DNA of 64,000 nucleotides, taken from contig JACCVY010000196.1 in the NCBI GenBank assembly GCA_013697915.1, positions 1,935-65,934 on the forward strand, given 5' to 3'. A model generated the notes under the pieces. It was given only the letters and a program-made list of their open reading frames with translations. It had not been told where the DNA came from and did not search any database. This document shows positions 8,378 through 20,252 of this stretch, in pieces. Every line of letters begins with the position of its first letter. Position 1 is the first letter of the stretch. The translations under genes and the position numbers were made by a program. The DNA comes from Blastocatellia bacterium (GTDB lineage: Bacteria; Acidobacteriota; Blastocatellia; Pyrinomonadales; Pyrinomonadaceae).

Positions 8378-9382
8378 CTAAGAAAGGCGAATCCTGGGAT
8401 CTAACCAACGATAGACCATGTCTGTCAGCATGTTCGCGACGATGTAAGTAATGCTGATCACAAGCACGCATCCCTGGACCACACGATAGTCACGCTTGCC
8501 AATCCCGTCTTCCACCAGCAGCAGTCCCAAACCGGGCCAGCCAAAAATCTTTTCGGTGATGATTGCGCCCGCCAGCAAAACGCCAAGCTGCAAACCAAGA
8601 ATCGTCACTACCGGAATCAAGCCATTCTTTAGAACGTGTTTGTAGACTACTTTGGTTTCGCTTAATCCTTTGGCTCGGGCGGTACGAACGTAGTCTTCGC
8701 CCAACTCTTCAATTACCGACGAACGGACCATGCGCGTTAGGATAGCCGCCAGGGCTGCACCCAACGTGAAAGAAGGCAAAATAAAATCAGTCCAGTCAAA
8801 ACGGCCTGACGGCGCGAGCCAGCCAAGTTTGACGGCGAAAACGTAAACCAGCATTGGTCCAATAACAAAACCAGGCAGACTGATCCCAATGAGCGCCACA
8901 ATCGACGCAAGGTTATCGATCCAGGTACCACGATTCTTCCCGGCGATCACCCCCAATGGAATAGCTATCAGTATCGCAATCAACAGCGCCGACAGCGCCA
9001 GTTGTATCGTAGCCGGATAGCGCTCGAGGATCAGGTCGATGACCGGACGGTCGGTGCGAAATGAACGGCCCATATCACCGTGAAGCAACCGAATCCAATA
9101 ATCGGTATAGCGATTCTTTACGCCGTGCCATTGAAAGTGACGATTGTTTTGCGCATCCCGGGGAAATGAAAAGAAGAATGGCGGACGGTCAAGACCGTGG
9201 AGTTGCCGAAATTGCTCGAACTGTTCCGGTGTTGCTTGTTCGCCCAGCACCGCAACCGCCGGATCGCCAGGCACCAGCTCAATCAATAGGGTAACTAACG
9301 AGACGACGGTCCAAACGACGAGCAGAAAGATTGCAAAACGCCGCAGCGCCGAAAAAACTTTATGCTTGAAAACTGAACGCAC
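8378..9382 (-). CDS. ABC transporter permease, DppB/OppB family
   Basis: 334 aa and multi-TM, with the YVRTARAKGL motif. Confidence 0.9.
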   Translation of the reverse strand: MRSVFKHKVFSALRRFAIFLLVVWTVVSLVTLLIELVPGDPAVAVLGEQATPEQFEQFRQLHGLDRPPFFFSFPRDAQNNRHFQWHGVKNRYTDYWIRLLHGDMGRSFRTDRPVIDLILERYPATIQLALSALLIAILIAIPLGVIAGKNRGTWIDNLASIVALIGISLPGFVIGPMLVYVFAVKLGWLAPSGRFDWTDFILPSFTLGAALAAILTRMVRSSVIEELGEDYVRTARAKGLSETKVVYKHVLKNGLIPVVTILGLQLGVLLAGAIITEKIFGWPGLGLLLVEDGIGKRDYRVVQGCVLVISITYIVANMLTDMVYRWLDPRIRLS

Positions 9383-9662
9383 TCTGGCGTGTCTCGATTA
9401 AGGGAAGGATCAAATTCGTGAGGATGATAGCATACGAGCAGGATAGACATTCGGTCAGCGAAATAGGACAGATTCCTATCGAGTGGATAACCGCGAAGGT
9501 CCGAGCAGAACTTAGTATGCAAAAAAATAAGAACGTAGCCCACGAGGAAACTGAAATGAGTGCGTGGCCCCGACAACCGCGCATTCGCCAGGAAATTCCT
9601 CCGGGCTACGCTCTTATATGGTTGCAAGCAGGCTGTGCTTGTAACCAATCTTAAAAATCGGA

Positions 9663-10391
9663 CTACGCCCGCGGCCGCTTGCCAACATGCAGCGCCGCAA
9701 TTCCGCCCGTAAGATTCTGGAAAGTTACTTCGCTAAAACCGACGTCTTTCAACATAGCCGCGAGTAACTCCTGATCCGGAAAATGGGACACAGAATCCGG
9801 CAAATATTCGTAGGCGCTTTTCGAACCGCTTATCAAACCGCCGAGTAATGGCAACAGCTTCGTAAAATAAACCCGAAAGAACGTCCGCAAAATTGGCATC
9901 CGCGGCTTTGAAAACTCCAAAACAGCAGCCGTTCCACCGGGCCGCAAAATCCTGAATAACTCACGTAAGCCGCCTTCAAAGCTCGCTAGATTTCGCAGAC
10001 CAAAGGCGATCGATACGCCATCGAACGACCGATCGCGAAAGGGAAGCTGGAGGGCATCGCCTTCCACGAAAGGAATCGCCAGGCCCCGACTTGATGACTT
10101 GGCAGCTGCGATGTCGAGCATCGGCCGGCAAAAATCCAAGCCAATAACCTGCGCCTGCGTCCCAGCAACTAATGCCAGTGAGAGGTCGCCTGTGCCACAA
10201 GCGACATCAAGAACGCGAGCACCAGTCGCGGGAAGATTTGCCGCCACCTTTCTTACGACCAAGCGTCGCCAACGCTGATCGACGTTTCCCGACAGCAGAT
10301 GATTTAAAAGATCATAACGAGTTGCGATCGCCGCAAACATTTCGCGGACGCGCTGCGCTTGCTCGCGTTTCGTTGCGCTTTCGTCAGACAC
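9663..10391 (-). CDS. ubiE: demethylmenaquinone/ubiquinone C-methyltransferase
   Basis: 242 aa with the SAM motif VLDVACGTGDL and overall UbiE/MenG-like sequence (YDLLNHLLSGNVDQRWRR). Confidence 0.9.
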   Translation of the reverse strand: MSDESATKREQAQRVREMFAAIATRYDLLNHLLSGNVDQRWRRLVVRKVAANLPATGARVLDVACGTGDLSLALVAGTQAQVIGLDFCRPMLDIAAAKSSSRGLAIPFVEGDALQLPFRDRSFDGVSIAFGLRNLASFEGGLRELFRILRPGGTAAVLEFSKPRMPILRTFFRVYFTKLLPLLGGLISGSKSAYEYLPDSVSHFPDQELLAAMLKDVGFSEVTFQNLTGGIAALHVGKRPRA

Positions 10392-10447
10392 AGTTAAGCG
10401 GATGTTGCTGTCGATATGGTTGCAGGCAGATTGCGAATGATTTGTGA

Positions 10448-11878
10448 TTACTCAGGTTTGGGAGTTGGTTTTGTCTGCTGCTTAGAGGTCGCCGGATCCT
10501 TTTTCGCATTGGACGCAGCAGGAAGTTCACCAAAGAGTTCTATCTTTCCATAACGTTCAAGTTGTGGTTTTAAAACTTCAGAGTTTCCAATAACTGCCGC
10601 CGCAAGCGGCACCTCCCAGAATAATCGGTTGGCAGCTCGTTTCAAATCACTCGAAGAGATTTTCGCCAGCGCCCGCAATCGTTCGTCTCCTGATTGAACA
10701 GAATAAGTATCTACGTCGAGCCAAGCGTCGGCTACTCCATCGTTTGTGCCGAGTTGCTTACCGAGCGTGGCGATGGCCTGGCCCCGGGCTGACTCGAGTT
10801 CCGATTCGGCTACTGGCTGGCTGGTTAGTGACTTTACTACCGCTTGCGCCGTCGAGAGACTTTTAGCGGCCAAAAGATTGTCCACGGTAGCGCCCATCAC
10901 AAACATTCCGGGCAGCACAAAGGCATCGTGCCGGACGAAAACGGGGTTATGAGCCAGGTCCGGAAGTAGTGTTTCCCAACGCTTGCGCGCCACCAGCGCG
11001 AGCAATTCCGCTGCCTGCGAATCAGGATCGCTTCGCGCAAGGCCACGCACAGCTAATCTGATTTCAGCACTTTGTTCTGCTGGTGCATTCATGATGAGAA
11101 TGCGCGCATCGGGAACTGCGGGCTGCTGAAATGTTGGCGGGATAACTCTTTCACTCTTCCGCCAACCACCCAGCAATTGTCGCAAGGCGCGACTGGCTCG
11201 GCCTCGTTCGACGCCGCCGATAATCACTAGCGTGGAGTTGTTGGGATTCAAAAAGCGTTCGCGCGCGAGCATGAGATCGCCCCGCTCAATGCGCTCGAGC
11301 GATTCCGTGGTGCCCGCGTAGGGACGCCCATAAGGGAAATCGCCAAAAAGCCTGGCGGCAATTGCTCGATCAGCCAAAGTGCTGGAAGAAATGCTGGTGT
11401 CTTTTATGATCCTAGTGCGGCCATCGCGGGCTCTTCGAACGTTTTCCGGTGTCAGTTGAGTCGTGACCAAAGCGTTGCGAAGAATCTCGACAATTTTTTC
11501 AAACTCGCGTGTCCGGCCTTGCAGACTAATTGTGATGGAATCGTAATCAGTAACCACATTGAGGCGCCCCTGCATCTCCTCGCTGAAGTATTCTCGCGTA
11601 GCGGGGTCCGGAAAAAGCAAATCGCCAAGCAGTGCCAGGCTGCCGCCCTTGCCCGCAATGTCAAACGCAGCGCCACTATGGATTCTGAGTTTAAGGAGAA
11701 CATCCTGATCGCCCGGTCGCGAAAGCAAGAGGACGCGCAGTCCATTCAAAAGCTGGAGTCGCTCGGCGGGAGCTGAAACCTGCCCATAAACCAGCGATTG
11801 AGATGCTACAGCAAGCGAAAGTAGCGAAAGTAGCAGGGCCGCCTTTCGCAGAACACCGTGAAATAAAGGAAGTTTCAT
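10448..11878 (-). CDS. M16 (pitrilysin) family protein lacking the HxxEH zinc motif
   Basis: 476 aa with a signal peptide and the M16 two-domain layout. Where HxxEH is expected the sequence reads GSLALLGDLLF. Confidence 0.75.
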   Translation of the reverse strand: MKLPLFHGVLRKAALLLSLLSLAVASQSLVYGQVSAPAERLQLLNGLRVLLLSRPGDQDVLLKLRIHSGAAFDIAGKGGSLALLGDLLFPDPATREYFSEEMQGRLNVVTDYDSITISLQGRTREFEKIVEILRNALVTTQLTPENVRRARDGRTRIIKDTSISSSTLADRAIAARLFGDFPYGRPYAGTTESLERIERGDLMLARERFLNPNNSTLVIIGGVERGRASRALRQLLGGWRKSERVIPPTFQQPAVPDARILIMNAPAEQSAEIRLAVRGLARSDPDSQAAELLALVARKRWETLLPDLAHNPVFVRHDAFVLPGMFVMGATVDNLLAAKSLSTAQAVVKSLTSQPVAESELESARGQAIATLGKQLGTNDGVADAWLDVDTYSVQSGDERLRALAKISSSDLKRAANRLFWEVPLAAAVIGNSEVLKPQLERYGKIELFGELPAASNAKKDPATSKQQTKPTPKPE

Positions 11879-12101
11879 AGAGGTTCCAACTAAAACCGCT
11901 CCAACTCATTCAGGATTTAGGCCAAAAAAAGGAGGCAAAACATCTTAGAGGCCCGATATTTAGCCGTCAACCGTTTGGCTTCTAAATGCATCCAAAGCCT
12001 CGGGTTGAACAGTATTGGCCGGCTGTAAAGCTTGAACAAGCTAACAAACCGTACCGCTGCCCGCAGTTTTGTCAGTTCGGTATTTGAAATGGCGCCCGCG
12101 C

Positions 12102-12126
12102 GAACGAAAGTTGACGGAAAGCCGTA
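12102..12126 (+). promoter_or_regulatory. candidate ECF-type promoter (GAAC-N17-CGTA)
   Basis: gaac (12102-12105), a 17-nt spacer, then cgta (12123-12126), just upstream of the ECF sigma gene. This is motif resemblance only. Confidence 0.3.
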
Positions 12127-12138
12127 TCCTTTATCTGT

Positions 12139-12774
12139 TTGTCGGTAATACTAGTAGGAAGCGATTCCTGCAGAATCGAGTGGCGATTGCCGGATAGAAA
12201 TACAGACGAACGTTTGCTTGAATCGGCAGGAGCCGGCGACGCGGCCGCTTTCCAGGAGTTGTATGAACGGCATCGAAATTCAGTCTTTCGCTTTGCCTAT
12301 CGCTTGTCAGGCAGCGTGGAAAACGCCGAAGACCTAACCCACGACTGTTTCCTGAGTTTACTAAAGAGGGTTGCGAGTTTCGAACCGAGGCGCGCGTCGT
12401 TGCGAACTTATCTATTTGCTGCCACCCGGAATCTGTGGTTGAAGCAGTTGCGAACCCTTGGTCGAGAGTCAGCGCTGGATGAGTTTGACGAGAATGATTT
12501 CGTCGCTGTCAGTAAGGCGCCATTGGGGCGATTGCTCGATCGCGAAATGTCTTTGAAGGTCGCTGAAGCAGTTGCGAGCTTACCTCCTTTACAGCGCGAG
12601 GCGTTAGTTCTTTTTGAATACGAGGGGATGTCGCTCAATGAGATTGCGCGCATGGTGGGGAGCGACTTGGGAGCGGTAAAAGCACGTTTGCATCGGGCTC
12701 GTGAACGCTTACGGAAAGCGCTGCAACCTTATTTGAATAGCAACAGGGAAATTGTTACTTTGGAGAAGGCTTGA
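12139..12774 (+). CDS. RNA polymerase ECF-type sigma-70 factor
   Basis: Region 2 (AAFQELYERHRNSVFRFAYRLSG...AEDLTHDCF) and region 4 (LPPLQREALVLFEYEGMSLNEIA). The start codon is uncertain: TTG at 12139 or the in-frame TTG at 12187. Confidence 0.85.
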   Translation: MSVILVGSDSCRIEWRLPDRNTDERLLESAGAGDAAAFQELYERHRNSVFRFAYRLSGSVENAEDLTHDCFLSLLKRVASFEPRRASLRTYLFAATRNLWLKQLRTLGRESALDEFDENDFVAVSKAPLGRLLDREMSLKVAEAVASLPPLQREALVLFEYEGMSLNEIARMVGSDLGAVKARLHRARERLRKALQPYLNSNREIVTLEKA

Positions 12775-12776
12775 AA

Positions 12777-14257
12777 TGAGCAGCATTGAACCGGGAGACA
12801 GCTTTATCTCGGAAGACGATTTGAAGAGCTTGCTGGATCAATGGATTGCGCCGGATCCTTCAAAAGGACTCGATCAGCGTGTAGCAAACAGTTATTATAG
12901 GGAGTTTGGAAGCGCAGATGCTGCTGCAAATTCGGTACTGCTCCCCCAAAGCCAAAAAGAGGTACGTGCGATGAAGTTTTGTTCCACTTGCAGAGAAGAG
13001 TTCGCTGACAAATTCAGTTTTTGTCCCGTCGATGGCACTCCCCTGGTGGCGCCAGTTGCGGAACCAGAAAAGAAGGTCGTTAGTAGTTCGACCTTTAACG
13101 AGAGTGTCGCGGCTCCGGTGCTTGCCGGCGCGGCGGGTGCTGCTCTATTACCGCGTGGCGAATATCACCTGACGTTTATCGACGATGCAGGACTAATGAC
13201 GCGCCTCAGCGGTGTGCTACGTGAAGTGGCCCATGAATCGGAACTGACCTGGCCCGAATTCAAGCGCGACCCGTTTGGTTTTTCAAAGCGCTCGATTGTT
13301 GGCTACAGCCAGGCAGGTTGGCGTTTTCTGTCGCAGCCAAATGTGGCTACTGGCGTCCTGACAGCATTGTTGGTCATGATAACGGCGGTATTTGGAATTT
13401 TCTGGATTGACCGCGTGCAAGCGCGTCACGCTCAGGAACAGGCAGCGCAAGAAGAACTGGTGGTCGATCAATTGATCGATATTCCCGCAGACCAGCCGAC
13501 TCCAGACGAAGGCACGGCGGGACAAAACAAAGGCAACGGCGGCGGCAGCAAGCCGAAACAGGAAAAGGCCGGCGGTGGCGGCGGTGGTGGGCGTCAAGAA
13601 CAGAAACCCGCATCGTTCGGAAAAACTCCGCAAGTTTCGCTGACGGTTCCGCAGGTCGTGGCCCCAGACCCGCACCCGCCTGCGATAAAGAATCCGGCCT
13701 TACCCGTGGCGGCTACGCTTGTTGCCGATCCAATGTTATTTCCGCCAGATACGCGCAATCTTAACTACGGTCTGCGCGAGTCCAAAAGCACTGATCCATC
13801 GTCAGGTCCCGGCACCGGCAATGGTATGGGGACGGGAACCGGTGGCGGTATGGGACCAGGCGAAGGCGGTGGTTACGGACCAGGCCGCGGCGGCAACACG
13901 GGCGGTGGTGATCGCAATGATGGCGGGGGTGGCCCCGGCGGCGGTGGCGGCGGTACCGACTACAACAAGGTGTTTAGCGGTAAGGACGTGAACTCGAAAG
14001 CACGCGTTCTTTCCAAGCCGGAACCGCAGTACACTGAAGAGGCACGAAAGAACCAAATTACCGGGACCGTGATCCTGCGGGCGGTGTTTACTTCCGGTGG
14101 GCAGGTTACCAACATTAGTGCTCGGTCGGGTTTACCTTTTGGTTTGACTGAGCGAGCGATTGCGGCCGCACGGCAAATTAAGTTTGTGCCGGCTACAAAA
14201 GACGGACATCCCGTGTCGATGTACATCCAACTGGAATACAACTTCAACCTTTATTAA
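12777..14257 (+). CDS. zinc-ribbon / single-TM / Gly-Pro-rich / TonB C-terminal domain protein (possible anti-sigma partner)
   Basis: ATG at 12777 follows GGAGAAGG. The protein has CSTCREEF...FCPVDG, a TM helix (VATGVLTALLVMITAVFGIFWI), poly-Gly tracts and a C-terminal TonB_C-like domain (PEPQYTEEARKNQITGTVILRAVF...). Confidence 0.8.
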
Positions 14258-14275
14258 GGTTGGACTCCTATGCAG

Positions 14276-14313
14276 AAAAAGGACGGCGACTGGTTTCAGT
14301 CGCCGTCCTTTTT
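14276..14313. terminator. bidirectional rho-independent terminator
   Basis: aaaaa, then stem ggacggcgactg, loop gttt, stem cagtcgccgtcc, then ttttt. The 12-bp stem is perfect and lies between convergent genes. Confidence 0.85.
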
Positions 14314-14324
14314 CATTTACGGCG

Positions 14325-14439
14325 TTAATCCACAGATTACGCAGATCACGCAGAACAAAATACCAAACCGACATCTGTAAAGGGCGGCCTTAGTGTTTTG
14401 TCATTTTTCAGCGGCGTAATCTGTGTAATCTGCGGATAA
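14325..14439. repeat. hairpin with stuttering arms (cagattacg words)
   Basis: ttaatccacagattacgcagatcacgcag (14325-14353) aligns with the reverse complement of gcggcgtaatctgtgtaatctgcggataa (14411-14439). The differences are transitions only. Confidence 0.6.
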
Positions 14440-14455
14440 GCTTGCCGAGCCCCTT

Positions 14456-15655
14456 CTAACTCAACCGCTCGACGAATCGCTTGATGCGTAACACGCCCTC
14501 GCGCAATTGCTCCATCGACGTAGCGTAAGAAATTCGAATACAACCATCAGCGCCAAAGCCGGCGCCGTCCGTTACCACGGTCTGCTCTTCAGCCAGCAAA
14601 CGCATCGCAAACTCTGCCGAGCTTTTGACCTCCGCGTTCAAACAGTTGCGCACATTGGGAAAAACATAGAACGCGCCTTCAGGCTCAGCGCAGCCTAGAT
14701 CCGGGATTTCTTTCAATGCACTCAACAGCCACTTTCGACGCGTCGTGTATTCATTCAACATAGCGGCGACAGAATCCTGTGGACCATTCAAAGCCTCGAC
14801 CGCGGCGCTTTGCGCGATTGAGTTTGCATTGCTGGTCGAATGCCCCTGGACCTTGAGCATGGCGCTGGTCCATTCGCGCGGCGCCAGCGCATAACCGACG
14901 CGCCAGCCCGTCATCGCATACGTTTTAGAAAAAGAGCCGGCAATGCAGAGCCGCTGTCGCAGCCGTTCGGGCAAAACCGCCGCACTGAAAACTTCAGCCG
15001 GTGGGTAAACGAAACGCAGATAGCATTCGTCAGAAATTACATAGATTCCACGATCGGCCAACAGTTCCATGATTCGCTCGAATTCGGCCGGCGGAATCAC
15101 GCGGCCCGAAGGATTGTTTGGCGAGTTGAGAATTATCAACTTGGTGCGCGGAGTTATGGCTTTCTCAACCTGCGCAGCCGTCAGCAGAAAATCGGTCTCT
15201 TCCGTATTGATGAAGACCGGCGTTGCACCCGCAAAAATCACGATCTCGGGAAACGTTACCCAATAGGGTTTGGCCAGCAACACTTCGTCGCCGGGATTTA
15301 ACAGCGTGACTACCGCGTTGAAGATTGCCTGCTTGCCGCCCGACGTGGCCATCACTTCCGAGCGCTCGTAGCCCGCGTCAAACTGGCGTTGGTAAAAGTC
15401 GATGATTGCCTGTTGCAGCTCGCGCGTGCCCGCAGTGGCTGTGTACTTGGTGCGCCCCGCAGCCATGGCCCGATCGGCGGCTTGTTTAATATTGTCGGGA
15501 GTATCAAAGTCCGGCTCACCCGCGCCAAAGTCCACCACGCTGACGCCTTGCGCTCGCAAAGCCTCCGCGGCCTGCATGGCTGCAAGAGTGGCAGACGCCT
15601 GCATCTTCGCGACGTTCGCTGATACTGGAAACAGAGATGAGGCCGGCTTAGTCAT
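14456..15655 (-). CDS. pyridoxal-phosphate-dependent aminotransferase (aspartate aminotransferase-like, class I)
   Basis: 399 aa with the [18 protein letters not shown]-lysine motif and NPSGRV. Confidence 0.9.
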   Translation of the reverse strand: MTKPASSLFPVSANVAKMQASATLAAMQAAEALRAQGVSVVDFGAGEPDFDTPDNIKQAADRAMAAGRTKYTATAGTRELQQAIIDFYQRQFDAGYERSEVMATSGGKQAIFNAVVTLLNPGDEVLLAKPYWVTFPEIVIFAGATPVFINTEETDFLLTAAQVEKAITPRTKLIILNSPNNPSGRVIPPAEFERIMELLADRGIYVISDECYLRFVYPPAEVFSAAVLPERLRQRLCIAGSFSKTYAMTGWRVGYALAPREWTSAMLKVQGHSTSNANSIAQSAAVEALNGPQDSVAAMLNEYTTRRKWLLSALKEIPDLGCAEPEGAFYVFPNVRNCLNAEVKSSAEFAMRLLAEEQTVVTDGAGFGADGCIRISYATSMEQLREGVLRIKRFVERLS

Positions 15656-16151
15656 TGGCGGCCGGTTTTACTTTCTGCTTCATTCGCTTCTCGACCGCAG
15701 GTGGAACTAAACCATCAAGCGTGCCGCCTAATTGAAAAACTTCTTTCACCAGCCGCGAGCTGACATATGAATAGGTTTCGGCGGGCATCATGAAGACAGT
15801 TTCTATTGACGGCTCTAGCCTTCGGTTCATTAAAGCCATCTGTAGTTCATACTCGTAGTCAGAAATGGCGCGAATGCCGCGCACGATTGCGTTCGCCTGT
15901 TGCGCAACTGCGTACTGGACCAGCAACCCTTCGAAATGGTCTACGCGAACTTTGCACAAGCCGCGATCAATTTGTTGCAGTACCTGCGAAAGCATTTCGC
16001 GGCGTTCATCAATGGTAAAGAAGGGCTGTTTCTCGGGATGGACCAGGATGGCTACGATGATTTCATCAAAGAGTTTGCAACCGCGCTCGATGATGTCGAG
16101 ATGTCCATTGGTGACTGGATCGAATGAGCCGGGATAGATTGCGCGTCGCAT
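15648..16151 (-). CDS. coaD: phosphopantetheine adenylyltransferase
   Basis: 167 aa with the [16 protein letters not shown] motif. Confidence 0.95.
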   Translation of the reverse strand: MRRAIYPGSFDPVTNGHLDIIERGCKLFDEIIVAILVHPEKQPFFTIDERREMLSQVLQQIDRGLCKVRVDHFEGLLVQYAVAQQANAIVRGIRAISDYEYELQMALMNRRLEPSIETVFMMPAETYSYVSSRLVKEVFQLGGTLDGLVPPAVEKRMKQKVKPAAND

Positions 16152-16227
16152 TGGGGCAAATGGTAAAGGCTAAACCGCGAAATAGGAAATGAAAATGCGT
16201 TTGCCAGCTGTGTCTTTGGGGTTGTGC

Positions 16228-16396
16228 TTGACAGCCTGGCGGTGCGATGCTTCAATAACTGCCGGATCAAACGTGGTGAGTTAAGGCGACTTGCGGCCAC
16301 GTAAAACAATCGGCTAAACAGCTCGGCGAGTCTTACTTAATAAGACTCACGAAAAGGCTTTGGCAAGCCCCGCGTTGTTTGGCGCGGGGCTTTTGT
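16228..16396 (+). promoter_or_regulatory. candidate promoter plus structured leader ending in an intrinsic terminator, upstream of metH (riboswitch, attenuator or sRNA-like)
   Basis: TTGACA (16228-16233), 17-nt spacer, TTCAAT. Stems follow at 16271-76/16297-302 and 16328-35/16341-48. A terminator has stems gccccgcg (16367-74) and cgcggggc (16383-90) followed by tttt. Confidence 0.4.
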
Positions 16397-16402
16397 CATT
16401 GC

Positions 16403-16509
16403 CGATTGCCAATTGCCGAATGCCGATTGAAAAGGCAACGGCGTAGTTAAATGTCATGGCCAAGGTTGAATTGACAACTAGCAAACGGGAAATCGGCAAT
16501 TGGAAATCG
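16403..16509 (+). repeat. hairpin with stuttering arms (ccgattg/cggcaat words)
   Basis: cgattgccaattgccgaatgcc (16403-16424) matches the reverse complement of ggaaatcggcaattggaaatcg (16488-16509) at 19 of 22 positions. The 3' arm ends 9 nt before the preferred metH ATG. Confidence 0.6.
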
Positions 16510-16518
16510 ACATCGAAA

Positions 16519-20055
<3,537 letters not shown>

Positions 20056-20070
20056 ATTAGCAGCGGGTCA

Positions 20071-20219
20071 TAGTCCGCGGAGCGGACGATTGAAAATAGC
20101 CAGCGATTCATCGCTGGGATCCATCAGACAAAGATATCCAGTCCCTACGGGACTCTGATGTCATGTCGCCCCTACCCACCGATGAATCGGTGGGCTATTC
20201 TCGATAGTCCCTACGGGAC
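20071..20219. repeat. composite REP/MITE-like element made of several short stem-loops
   Basis: tagtccgcggagcggac (20071-20087) and tagtccctacgggac (20205-20219) flank aatagccagcgattcatcgctgg (20095-20117). An inverted copy of the latter, ccaccgatgaatcggtgggctatt, lies at 20176-20199, and agtccctacgggact is nested between catcaga and tctgatg. Confidence 0.7.
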
Positions 20220-20252
20220 AATTAATGAAGTCCGCAGTATCTTGGGCATTGC

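Noticed and set aside
9383-9662. 280-nt gap upstream of the DppB-like gene, scanned for tRNA, sRNA or riboswitch
   Set aside because: I found only one modest hairpin, ggttgcaagca-ggctg-tgcttgtaacc near 9620-9646. There is no cloverleaf and no known RNA motif I can recognise. The ORFs listed here overlap each other and look spurious.
16260-16400. Attempt to name the metH leader as a SAM-I, SAM-II, SAH or cobalamin riboswitch
   Set aside because: By eye I could not find the conserved cores, for example the B12 box or the SAM-I GAGGGA/kink-turn context. ggctaaa alone is too weak for SAM-II. It is left unclassified pending a covariance-model search.
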